The notes beneath the pieces were generated by a model, which worked only from the letters and a program-made list of their open reading frames with translations, made no database searches and was not told the origin of the DNA. This document shows, one piece after another, positions 50,291 to 59,216 of a DNA stretch of 64,000 nt. The DNA comes from a virus (Duplodnaviria; Caudoviricetes). Within the stretch, counting starts at the first letter, position 1. Each line of letters starts with the position of its first letter. The stretch lies in IMG/VR virus record IMGVR_UViG_3300021387_000452; one strand, written 5' to 3'. The translations under genes and the position numbers were made by a program.

Positions 50291-52033
50291 CTATATAGTA
50301 AATTCCAAATTGATACTTTCGAGCGCTCTAGCAAAGACCAGTCTGACATTAATAGTCACAGTCTGGTGCTCAGTAGTGTAGTCTATATTATAATTAGATA
50401 ATATGCCAGACTCAATGTACTGTTCTAGAATCTGACTTTTGATATAATTCAAGCAATTATTAATGTTGTAATATGTGTTCAGCATGAATTTCTTAGTCTC
50501 AAGAAATTCATGAATAGATCTTCTCATTCTAACGAAGTTACGAGCTATATGACTAAATCTCAGGTTTGGTAGAAGTGAAAGCGTTCTATTACCATAAATT
50601 GTAGGCTTATCAGAGTCAAATGAAACTAGTGTATTGCATCTAAGATCTCGTAGTGATTCAGCTATCGACTCACTCACTATAAATTTGATGTTATTATTTG
50701 ATATGTTTAAATCATCGACTGGATTAGCAGAATATACGCTACTGCTACGAACTATATTATAGAATGCTATAGATGCTAATGGGAAGTGAACTCTGTTTGG
50801 GACTTGAAGTATTGTAGAACCAACTACAAAATCAGAAATGGCTCCATAGTATAAATCACAGTTATAATTTTCTGGAAGTAGAGCTATGTGATGATCATTC
50901 TCAGCATCTGATTCTGGGCTAGAATTAATTCCATTTAAAAAATCTACAATCGAACTAGAAGATATATCTGGAGTATTCAAGTAGCAGTAAGTGTAACAGT
51001 CACTTGGAAATAATTCTAGTAATGAGCTCTGAATGTAGACTACAGAATCATAGCTCATATCATCTAGAACAGATCTAACAACTAATCCACTGTCATTCTT
51101 AATAGTGAACGATTTATATATCTTACTCAAGAGTAAGTTATGCGGCTCTGGCTTCTTCTCGCTTAGTCTTTCAATAGCTTCGATATATTTCAAAGAAGCT
51201 TTGTCTTCATCATCAAAGTCATAAATATATTTATCACTATTTATTCTGTACCAATAATGCTCACTTTTTGTATTTCGTTCTATTTTAGTTAGATCATATG
51301 CTTCATGAGTCTTTTCTTTATGTTCATCATAAGACTCGAAATATATCACAAGATTTTTGCATGCTTTGAATTCATCAATAAGTGAAGTCTCTTTAGACGG
51401 ATCTGAATTTACAACCTGAAGCTCCAAGCCATCTTTCAAAAGAGTATCGATCAATAGCTGATCAGTTGTATCTTTCTTTGACGTGTCAAACACGTAGTGA
51501 TTAGTCTTATATAGATTTGCTTTACTAAACGTTCGTAGAGCATCATCTCCCTGAATAAGTGATCTATTCAAGATATATAAATCTACATAAAGATCCAATC
51601 TGTTTATTGCAAATTTTGCTCGTATGATCGGCTGACAAAATTTGATGTCTGATTTTAATCTATATCCAACTGTGTCATACCCGCTATTAACAAATGAAAA
51701 CTCTGTATGGCCATTATATGGCGTTCTAAAATTTTCTTCATAAGTATTTAGCATATCATCATCTATAGATGATATGTACATATAATGGCCATTTGAGACT
51801 AAATGATATGCTATTATTAAATCACAATATTTTACTGGATCGATAAATGGATCGCCATAATAATCAAGAAGCTCTTGAACAGAATTTATCAATTCGCATC
51901 TATGATCTACTGATACGTCATTACCATCTTCACCTTTGTATGAGTATACTACAGTCTTTGGTGTGTGGCATATAATCGCGCCAATGTTAGAATAACTTGA
52001 ATAAATTCTATCTTCAATAACTGGATTGATCAT
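50291..52033 (-). CDS. Second, divergent tail-sheath-like protein
   Basis: YGDPFIDPVKYCDL aligns to FGDPRIDPKKYIDL of 41917..44424; IYGNRTL...HIAR aligns to IFGNETL...HIAR. Confidence 0.75.
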   Translation of the reverse strand: MINPVIEDRIYSSYSNIGAIICHTPKTVVYSYKGEDGNDVSVDHRCELINSVQELLDYYGDPFIDPVKYCDLIIAYHLVSNGHYMYISSIDDDMLNTYEENFRTPYNGHTEFSFVNSGYDTVGYRLKSDIKFCQPIIRAKFAINRLDLYVDLYILNRSLIQGDDALRTFSKANLYKTNHYVFDTSKKDTTDQLLIDTLLKDGLELQVVNSDPSKETSLIDEFKACKNLVIYFESYDEHKEKTHEAYDLTKIERNTKSEHYWYRINSDKYIYDFDDEDKASLKYIEAIERLSEKKPEPHNLLLSKIYKSFTIKNDSGLVVRSVLDDMSYDSVVYIQSSLLELFPSDCYTYCYLNTPDISSSSIVDFLNGINSSPESDAENDHHIALLPENYNCDLYYGAISDFVVGSTILQVPNRVHFPLASIAFYNIVRSSSVYSANPVDDLNISNNNIKFIVSESIAESLRDLRCNTLVSFDSDKPTIYGNRTLSLLPNLRFSHIARNFVRMRRSIHEFLETKKFMLNTYYNINNCLNYIKSQILEQYIESGILSNYNIDYTTEHQTVTINVRLVFARALESINLEFTI

Positions 52034-52764
52034 GCGTTCTTATCCCAATTGTCATTCCATTCAGATACACCGACTATATTCTCTGTACTAGTCTGATCAA
52101 CATCAGTAGTAAAGCTAACGTACTCAACAGCTTTCTGTTTGTACTTACGATAAATATAGGCGTTTAACTTAACTGTAATTGTTGCTCTATATAAAGCATT
52201 TCCGGTGTCAAAGTTTTCTAAATCTGAAACATCTTCAACTTCTTCAACTATCAAGTGGCATGCTTGCTCTTTGACTAGCTTATCTTGCGATCCATCTGAT
52301 TTAATGTTGTAAAACCCAAGATAAGGAACTCGAAAGAGATTCTCTTGAAGCTCAATCATAATAGTATCAAAGTTATCTCTCTCAAATGAAATAACATCTA
52401 TATAATATGTTAAATCAAAAGTAGAATTTACAACTGATACAGCGTCTTTATGGCCAGAGTCCAAAATTGTTTGATATAACTCAGGGTCCATTTTAGCAAG
52501 ATGATTATCTTTAGCTGGTGAGTTACCAGTTAGATATGTCTGACCTGACTTTGCTCTAGACCATGAATTATACTCTTTAGAAAATATTGGGCATATAGTT
52601 CTACGCACAGTGATGAGCGGAAATTCAATTTCTTTCCCATCTAAAATCTTTCTATCTCTGATTTCCTTTATTGGAATAGTTGGACGCATTATGAAATGCG
52701 TATTATCGAAATAATGCTTGATTCTTTCTGTAAGAGCAATATCATAGTCACGACAATCTAACAT
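52030..52764 (-). CDS. Probable tail terminator / neck protein (gp15-like)
   Basis: FPLITVRR and FDLTYYIDV patterns; neck-block position. Confidence 0.5.
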   Translation of the reverse strand: MLDCRDYDIALTERIKHYFDNTHFIMRPTIPIKEIRDRKILDGKEIEFPLITVRRTICPIFSKEYNSWSRAKSGQTYLTGNSPAKDNHLAKMDPELYQTILDSGHKDAVSVVNSTFDLTYYIDVISFERDNFDTIMIELQENLFRVPYLGFYNIKSDGSQDKLVKEQACHLIVEEVEDVSDLENFDTGNALYRATITVKLNAYIYRKYKQKAVEYVSFTTDVDQTSTENIVGVSEWNDNWDKNA

Positions 52765-53237
52765 TACTCTATCTCCTCATGATCAGTTCTAAGATAATTA
52801 GTCTTCATCTGAGACTCTTCTCTAGGCCTATTCTGCTCTTCTTTATATGTAATTAGCTTAAGTGCATAACTCATATGAAGTAAATATTGGCTTGAAACTT
52901 CTCTTACCTGATAGACATCGCCGTTTGCTAATTTAATAACACTGAACTCATGAATATTAAATTTCTTGCCACAGTACTGAAGTGGAGCAAGAGCAACGGT
53001 AGCTTCACGATCAGCATCTATTGTAGACCATCTTAGATTAGCTAATAATCTTGTATCTACATACTCTTGCAACAAAATCTTGTATGGAATACCTTTATCT
53101 AGAATTCTATCGTCGAGATACATGTTTGTGCTGTGGACATCGTAAACAACGCAGTCTATCCCAAATAATCGAAATGCTTCATCTATAAAGTTAGTATAGA
53201 CGTGCTTCTCTTTATCACTGTATAATAAACTAGTCAT
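52764..53237 (-). CDS. Probable head-closure / neck protein (gp14-like)
   Basis: EAFRLFGIDCVVY N-terminal pattern; position. Confidence 0.5.
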   Translation of the reverse strand: MTSLLYSDKEKHVYTNFIDEAFRLFGIDCVVYDVHSTNMYLDDRILDKGIPYKILLQEYVDTRLLANLRWSTIDADREATVALAPLQYCGKKFNIHEFSVIKLANGDVYQVREVSSQYLLHMSYALKLITYKEEQNRPREESQMKTNYLRTDHEEIE

Positions 53238-53241
53238 ACTA

Positions 53242-53628
53242 TCATCTCACATATGTAGATTTCTTTTCTCGCGAAAGCTTTCTTTGCTGAATTGAATTAG
53301 TCTGCCGTTTATACTCAAGATAAAGTCTATGAATAAGATTATTTGTGTTCTTCATCTCATCATACCAGAATCGCTGACTAAGATCATAAACAGCATGATT
53401 TATAAGATCTCTATTATTGAAACGAATAACTCTACCATTTAATCCAAGTGACTCAAGAATATCTTCAGGTGTAAAGTAATTTCTACTATCATCTAAATAG
53501 TATCTTCTATCTTCATTCTTCATCAGTGAGATATGCTTTTTTAATCTGCATTTAAGATACTGAAGTAGATATTCATTGAATTGGAAATCGTCGTATGGTG
53601 ATAGAATTGATTTCATATGTGTATGCAA
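53242..53628 (-). CDS. Hypothetical protein
   Basis: 128 aa ORF in neck block. Confidence 0.6.
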   Translation of the reverse strand: MHTHMKSILSPYDDFQFNEYLLQYLKCRLKKHISLMKNEDRRYYLDDSRNYFTPEDILESLGLNGRVIRFNNRDLINHAVYDLSQRFWYDEMKNTNNLIHRLYLEYKRQTNSIQQRKLSREKKSTYVR

Positions 53629-53645
53629 TACTCCAAATACAAAAC

Positions 53646-53687
53646 AAGGGGTGGTGTCTAATATATAGATATTAAACGCTACCCCTT
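53646..53687 (-). terminator. Terminator hairpin
   Basis: aaggggt/acccctt stem with extended imperfect pairing, U-rich downstream on minus strand. Confidence 0.6.
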
Positions 53688-53705
53688 AAATTTCACTATA
53701 ATAAA

Positions 53706-54212
53706 TTAGCGATTAAATTTACGGCAAGCTCTGCGACGGCGTGATTCTGTAAAGCGTCTTTCAAGAGCTGCCAAACGATCCTCTAATGAAGGCTGATATG
53801 ATTCTTCAGCTTCAGCTTCTTCCTCTTCAGCTGGAGCCTCTTCTCCACCTTCTTCTCCGCCCTCTTCTTCAGGAGGCATTTCATCTTCAGCTGGAGCCTC
53901 TTCTCCACCTTCTTCACCTCCATCTTCTTCACCTTCACCATCAACAATTGCTAGAGCTTTTTCAAATCTAGCAATAATATCTTCTAGACGAGCAAGAAGT
54001 AAATCAGCTTCAGAAGTATCATTCTCAGTATCAGTCTCTTCAGCTTCTGTAACTAGAGATTCATTTTTAACTTCATCTGTAGCTTCAGCTTTAACTTCTT
54101 CAGTTACAGCCTCTGTAGCTTCAGACTTAGCTGATTCATTTTTAACTTCTTCAGCTTCTGGATTCTCACGAAGCTTACGCATAATTGATTTGATTTCATT
54201 TGTTCTCAACAT
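53706..54212 (-). CDS. Acidic prohead core / scaffold-like protein with C-terminal LEDRLAALE tag
   Basis: Very Glu-rich, two VKNES sites, near capsid genes; ends SLEDRLAALERRFTESRRRR. Confidence 0.65.
   Translation of the reverse strand: MLRTNEIKSIMRKLRENPEAEEVKNESAKSEATEAVTEEVKAEATDEVKNESLVTEAEETDTENDTSEADLLLARLEDIIARFEKALAIVDGEGEEDGGEEGGEEAPAEDEMPPEEEGGEEGGEEAPAEEEEAEAEESYQPSLEDRLAALERRFTESRRRRACRKFNR
53824..53915. repeat. 32 bp direct repeat, 60 bp period, inside the scaffold gene (EEGGEEAPAE)
   Basis: tcttcagctggagcctcttctccaccttcttc at 53824 and 53884. Confidence 0.85.
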
Positions 54213-54239
54213 AGTTTCACCCTTATATAAGAAAGTAAA

Positions 54240-54893
54240 TTATCTAGTAGCGTAAAATAGCCCTAATACTGTACCAAGCTTTTCTTCTAAAGCGGCTTTT
54301 TCTGTAATCCCCTCTTGCTTCAGCTCTGATCCATTAGTCTCAATAGGAGATCCAGTTATCTTTACTTTTGATCGTATTTCACCCTCTATGCACTTTACTA
54401 AAGCAACTGTATAATCTATAACCCAATTAACAAAATCCTCTGTCATCGTGTCTATAGACTTATCTGTAATTGCTTCTATAGTCCATGGAGAATTACCGCC
54501 GTCAATATACACAGTGTCTCCAACTAATCTAAAGCCTACTTGGTTTAAGTCAGCCTGAACTGAATCTGTATAGTAATTCCACAAAGCGCAATTGACTAAT
54601 GAATTACTACCATTGATTACATAAAAGCCCTGATTGATTGCTTTATCAATATTGATATTTTCATCATTTTCAGCTGATGAAGTTACTCTGACTACAGCAA
54701 ATATTCTGCCATGCTCAAATTGGACCGTCTTAGTATATGTAGTTATGAATTCCATATTATTAAGATATGGGACCACTTTTCGTATAGCAGTTGATATTTG
54801 CTTGTTTATCATCTCGTCAGTAATCGCGAGATCTACAACTGGATAGCCTAATCTAACTTTTACTGTCTCAAGGATATCACATCTATTAAGCAT
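54240..54893 (-). CDS. Head-tail adaptor / neck protein (T4 gp13-like)
   Basis: VKVRLGYPVVDLAITDEMI; WV.DY..ALVK...GEIRSK......P...NG.EL..EG..E. Confidence 0.8.
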   Translation of the reverse strand: MLNRCDILETVKVRLGYPVVDLAITDEMINKQISTAIRKVVPYLNNMEFITTYTKTVQFEHGRIFAVVRVTSSAENDENINIDKAINQGFYVINGSNSLVNCALWNYYTDSVQADLNQVGFRLVGDTVYIDGGNSPWTIEAITDKSIDTMTEDFVNWVIDYTVALVKCIEGEIRSKVKITGSPIETNGSELKQEGITEKAALEEKLGTVLGLFYATR

Positions 54894-55416
54894 TTGATTG
54901 ATGTTCCTGTAAGAATGAGATCACATCATCTTTCTTTAGCTTGCAGCTTTCACCAGTGATCTCTTTATATTTTGCTTTTAACTGCTTAAGTGTCCAAGTA
55001 GAATAATCTTCTACTTCTTCAGCTTTAGCTTCTTCAACTGGCTCTTTAGCAGTTTCACTCTCTGCAGCTGGCTCTTCTTTAGGCGCTTGCTCTTCAACTT
55101 TAGCGTCTTCAACTGAAGCTTCTTTTTCTTTAGTCAGCTCTTCTACTTTTTCAGGTTCAGCTGGAGCCTCTTCTTTAACTGGCTCTTCTTTTGGAGTGTC
55201 TTTTATCTCTGGCTTTTTATCTTCTTTAACTGGCGCTTTATCTTCATTCTTTTTATTATCAACAGGCTTAATACAAAGTGCTTTAGCTAATGAAAGATAA
55301 TCTTCATACTCAAGATTAAGAACATTTGAACCTGGATTAAGAAGATATGACTTACCATTTGTAGCATAAACTGTAGTTGGCTTTTTTGAATTAAGCTTTA
55401 ACTTTAACTGAATCAT
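54886..55416 (-). CDS. Protein with acidic linker and C-terminal Rho-N/HeH-like helical module
   Basis: DYSTWTLKQLKAKYKEITG...KLKKDDVISFL. Confidence 0.6.
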   Translation of the reverse strand: MIQLKLKLNSKKPTTVYATNGKSYLLNPGSNVLNLEYEDYLSLAKALCIKPVDNKKNEDKAPVKEDKKPEIKDTPKEEPVKEEAPAEPEKVEELTKEKEASVEDAKVEEQAPKEEPAAESETAKEPVEEAKAEEVEDYSTWTLKQLKAKYKEITGESCKLKKDDVISFLQEHQSNA

Positions 55417-55433
55417 ACGTAAACTCCTATAAA

Positions 55434-56387
55434 TTAATAAAGTCTCTTAAGTCTACGATTTATATATAAACTTTCAAGACGTGAGAGTCGCTTCTCAAGA
55501 TCAGCTAGATATTCTTCTTGCTCATCTGGCTCAACTGGCTCTTCATAAGTGTCTGTTTTATCGCTCTCAAGACTACCGGCTACAGCGTCTTTAAGCTGAT
55601 CAACTTCTCTATCAGCCATTACTTCTTTTGCAGCGTCGACATCAATACAGAGCTCATTCTCAATCTCTTCATCAGACTGAAGTAAACCAACTTTTGCAGA
55701 AATACCTTTGGCTAAATCAACAACTACACAATCATCAACTAATGAAATAACAGCCATTAAGTTATCATTGTCATCATAGCACTCAACAACAGAATCAGAA
55801 AAGTCTTCATTCTTACTTGATTTCCAACTGTAATGCTCACGAAGCATACCTTCAATCTTTCTAAGAATAAAAGCTCTCTTTTCTCTAATAGATTCCATAG
55901 TAGGACGCTCACCAGTCTCGATAGCGTCATTTAACTCATCAAGCTTATCATCAAACATTCTACCACTCTCCGTTGCCTTATTATTAATATAGTCAATTAA
56001 GGCATTCTCTGCTTCTTTATCAGAATTGAAGCCCTTTGACTTGATTAAAAATCTATCTGATATTCTATTCTGCAGCTCATACTGAACAAGCTTAGTAGCA
56101 AGCTGATTAAAGTCACTAATAGATTTCACTTTCTTAGTGCTCTCTTTATCCTGTTCTTCTTTGCTTAGTATATCTGTTATGTCTATATTGTCATTAAATA
56201 AGAGCAATTCTAATGAAATAGACGCATCATTAAATGTAGGTGTAATTTCTATAGACAGCTCACCAGAGTTGCTAAATCTTGTTGGGCAAGATACAGATAA
56301 AGTATTTTTATTAATCAGCTTTGCTGGAAATAGCTCAGAGTTACCGATTGCAGATTCCCATATCTTTTTCCAATCTATATCTGGCAT
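55434..56387 (-). CDS. Acidic head-region protein with C-terminal LEKRLSRLE tag
   Basis: Directly downstream of the MCP; ends LADLEKRLSRLESLYINRRLKRLY. Confidence 0.65.
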   Translation of the reverse strand: MPDIDWKKIWESAIGNSELFPAKLINKNTLSVSCPTRFSNSGELSIEITPTFNDASISLELLLFNDNIDITDILSKEEQDKESTKKVKSISDFNQLATKLVQYELQNRISDRFLIKSKGFNSDKEAENALIDYINNKATESGRMFDDKLDELNDAIETGERPTMESIREKRAFILRKIEGMLREHYSWKSSKNEDFSDSVVECYDDNDNLMAVISLVDDCVVVDLAKGISAKVGLLQSDEEIENELCIDVDAAKEVMADREVDQLKDAVAGSLESDKTDTYEEPVEPDEQEEYLADLEKRLSRLESLYINRRLKRLY

Positions 56388-56460
56388 AATAATCTCCAGT
56401 AAGTTATTAGACAGTAGCTATAAAGAATAGATATTGCATTCATAATGATATACAAAAATA

Positions 56461-56484
56461 CCCAGCTGGGATTAACCAGCTGGG
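56461..56484 (-). terminator. MCP terminator (arms are themselves palindromic)
   Basis: cccagctgg gattaa ccagctggg; U tract overlaps TGTATA (56449-56454). Confidence 0.75.
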
Positions 56485-56513
56485 TAAATTAGTGTATTAA
56501 ATAATTAATTTAA

Positions 56514-58010
56514 TTAGTGGCGACCAAGTTCACCATTAAGAATTCTACCACGGACATACATAGCTGGGTTGAGCATCTTTACACCATAGTAGCTAACGAG
56601 ACCCTGACGGCCAACAAAGTCATCGAGCATTACAAGATCAGTCTTTGTAATTGGGAGGAAGTCCGCAACTACGAAGCCGGCATCCATATCTGAGCCCTTG
56701 TAACCAACGAGGTAAGAATCTTCTGGAACGTATGGTGAGTAAATAACTTTGATCTGACCTTCGATTTCACCAACAACGAACGCGCCATTGTTAGGAAGTG
56801 TAGCGCCAGTAGCTTTGAAATGATCGGAACCAGCTGATTTAATAATGTTGAGGCCCATACGACCAACAACAACCCAGTTACCAAAGCCACGTTTTGTTTC
56901 AAAGTTGATCTTAGAAGCACAAGCAAAGATTTCGCTTAAGAAGCTGAGATCATGTTCGTGCTGTGAAATGTAGGATGTAACCTGACGATCCCATGTTGAG
57001 GTGTTCTTGGCCTGACGCATGAGGATGCTAATAACTTCATTATCACGTTCCTGACGGATTTCAGCTGTACAAGCATTAACGAGAGCTTCTTCAACGTTGA
57101 TACCATGAACTTTAGAAAGAGCATAGGAAGCGTCGAATGCGAAGTTTGCGCGAATCTTGTGAGGGACAGCTTTGATCATCTCTGTACGGAGACGAAGTTC
57201 AAGACTCTCAGTCTCAGAAGGAACGTGAGAAAGATCCTGGAAGTATGTGAGTGAAACAGTGTCTGTTGCAGCAATTGTTTCACCAGAGTTACCAAGCTCT
57301 AAAGTAAACTCACCACTCTCTGGATTAATTTCAAATGATGGAGCAGTTCCAGTAGCAGCTTTTAACTCAGTGAAGCAACCATCAGCGTCAACTCTTCCAA
57401 CTACCCATGGATCATCATCATGCTTACGACGAGCACGATATGTAACCATCGCTGATTCATTATGGATGTCGATTGGAGTCTCAGGTTTTACCTTAACTGG
57501 TAAATGCATCATAAAACCAGTAACTTTTGTAGTTGAGTCACCTGACGCTGGCTTTACATTAACAGGTTCTTCACTAATGCGTTCGCTAGCGGCCATAATA
57601 CCAGCATCAGCACCACGCATTGCACCCCACTGATCGATGGCGATACCATCTTTCTTAGCGTTACCACGAGTATTGCCATAGGTGTACTGTAAGAAACGAA
57701 TTACACCAAGAGGAGAATCGATTGACTGAACGGAAACGATATCATCAATGATCTGGCTTGCATAAATTGCACTAACCATATCGATGGAGTGCTCAGGGAA
57801 CCAGTCAATGCTATTATACTGAGAAGCAGGAACGCCATCAACTAAAGATTCATTCTTTACATTACGAATGGCTTTAAGATCTGAAAGGGCTTTATTAGTA
57901 TTATTGAGAACGTTTGCAAGTGTGGCTTTAGCATCATCACTCATGCCACCACGAATAGACTCAACTACACTAATCTTGTTTTGAAAAGCTTCAACAACGA
58001 CGTTATTCAT
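56514..58010 (-). CDS. Major capsid protein (T4 gp23 family)
   Basis: DIVSVQSI..P.G.I.FL.Y.YG; I.A..HK.RA.F; EI.QE.D.EVI; GNWVV; LVGYKG....AG.V.A...P; strong codon bias. Confidence 0.92.
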   Translation of the reverse strand: MNNVVVEAFQNKISVVESIRGGMSDDAKATLANVLNNTNKALSDLKAIRNVKNESLVDGVPASQYNSIDWFPEHSIDMVSAIYASQIIDDIVSVQSIDSPLGVIRFLQYTYGNTRGNAKKDGIAIDQWGAMRGADAGIMAASERISEEPVNVKPASGDSTTKVTGFMMHLPVKVKPETPIDIHNESAMVTYRARRKHDDDPWVVGRVDADGCFTELKAATGTAPSFEINPESGEFTLELGNSGETIAATDTVSLTYFQDLSHVPSETESLELRLRTEMIKAVPHKIRANFAFDASYALSKVHGINVEEALVNACTAEIRQERDNEVISILMRQAKNTSTWDRQVTSYISQHEHDLSFLSEIFACASKINFETKRGFGNWVVVGRMGLNIIKSAGSDHFKATGATLPNNGAFVVGEIEGQIKVIYSPYVPEDSYLVGYKGSDMDAGFVVADFLPITKTDLVMLDDFVGRQGLVSYYGVKMLNPAMYVRGRILNGELGRH

Positions 58011-59043
58011 ATGAAAACCTCCTGAAATGTGAACACATTCTTTCTAAAATAGAAGTATCTTTTTTATCGAAAATATTTTCTGTTCTAAGACTTTCGTTAA
58101 ACTTAGAGTCATCCCTAAATTTATTGATACTTAGATCATCACTGTCGTTACATTTAATAGATATTGGGTTTGATTTTTGCTGAACTTTTGAAGATGACTC
58201 ATTAACAATCTTGGTCTGAGGAGCTTTAGTTCTACGCTCTTTAGCTTCAGTAATTAACTGCTTTGCTTCTTTTATAAGATTAGATAATTTGTCTTCATAA
58301 GTTACACGATTGAATTTCTTCAAAGAAGCATCTAATGATTCTGATAAACGATTTACAGACTCCAACATTGCATTAATATTGATCTTGTTCTCTCGTTTGC
58401 AGATCTCATTATCCAATGTTCTAATACGAGATTCAAATACTGGATTCTTAAATGACTTCAAAGCTGCAGATGACTCTTTAAGCTCTGATGTAGTCATTTT
58501 CTCTAAAGGTTTAGATATTGGATCAGCTTTTTCTAAACGAGCGCATTTAAAGCCAGGCTCAGTAACAGCATCAAAAGTAATAAGCTCATATGAGTTTTCA
58601 AGGATTACTTCATGGCCGTCTTTCTGAATAGAATCAGCTACTGCTCTAGCAGATATACCGAGCTTAGTACCATATTGAGCTAACGTATTAAGAATTCTAC
58701 CAGTTGGAGTATCAAGAACATCAAACTCGCCATAAAGAAGATTGCCATCTCCATCTGGAACCCAGAGTCTCTTACAAGCAATACCCACTTGTGGATAGCT
58801 AATGTCAATGCGATTTTCAGGGTGACCACCTTCACCCAGCATTGATCTGTTCTTAATACACTCTTGAACTGTAGGGTTATGTAATATCCGATCTTCTACT
58901 AATTTACGTGAATAAATTCTGTTATTTCTATTGACCGCGCCGAACTCCATGCACGGGCCGACTAATGTACAAAGAACTCCAGAAGTCTTATTCTCATTCG
59001 TAGTCTTCATTTCGGATATAATTGATTCAGTAAAAACCTTCAT
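58003..59043 (-). CDS. Prohead protease (T4 gp21 family) with helical scaffold-like C-terminal extension
   Basis: NRNNRIYS, GEGGHP, LDTPTG.I, LGISARA, LITFDAV.EPG; start ATG 59043 after GGAGGG. Confidence 0.9.
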   Translation of the reverse strand: MKVFTESIISEMKTTNENKTSGVLCTLVGPCMEFGAVNRNNRIYSRKLVEDRILHNPTVQECIKNRSMLGEGGHPENRIDISYPQVGIACKRLWVPDGDGNLLYGEFDVLDTPTGRILNTLAQYGTKLGISARAVADSIQKDGHEVILENSYELITFDAVTEPGFKCARLEKADPISKPLEKMTTSELKESSAALKSFKNPVFESRIRTLDNEICKRENKININAMLESVNRLSESLDASLKKFNRVTYEDKLSNLIKEAKQLITEAKERRTKAPQTKIVNESSSKVQQKSNPISIKCNDSDDLSINKFRDDSKFNESLRTENIFDKKDTSILERMCSHFRRFSYE

Positions 59044-59164
59044 TATACCCTCCAAAATAGTGTGTATGAATAAACTATATTTATTAGATATTGATGATTA
59101 GTTTCAGTATTGTAGGCTCTTATAATAATAGATAATTAGCATTGAAAAAGTGTGATTATACAGA

Positions 59165-59194
59165 AATAGCGTAGAGAAGCTTCTCTACGCTATT
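59165..59194 (-). terminator. Perfect 30 bp palindrome, probable terminator, abutting TGTATAAT
   Basis: aatagcgtagagaagcttctctacgctatt; tataca 59157-59162. Confidence 0.7.
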
Positions 59195-59216
59195 AATGCA
59201 TTAATTAGTAATTAAA

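Noticed and set aside
31372-52033. Bacterial extracellular contractile injection system (two sheaths, gp25, LysM)
   Set aside because: Major capsid, prohead protease, neck and DNA replication genes show this is a phage.
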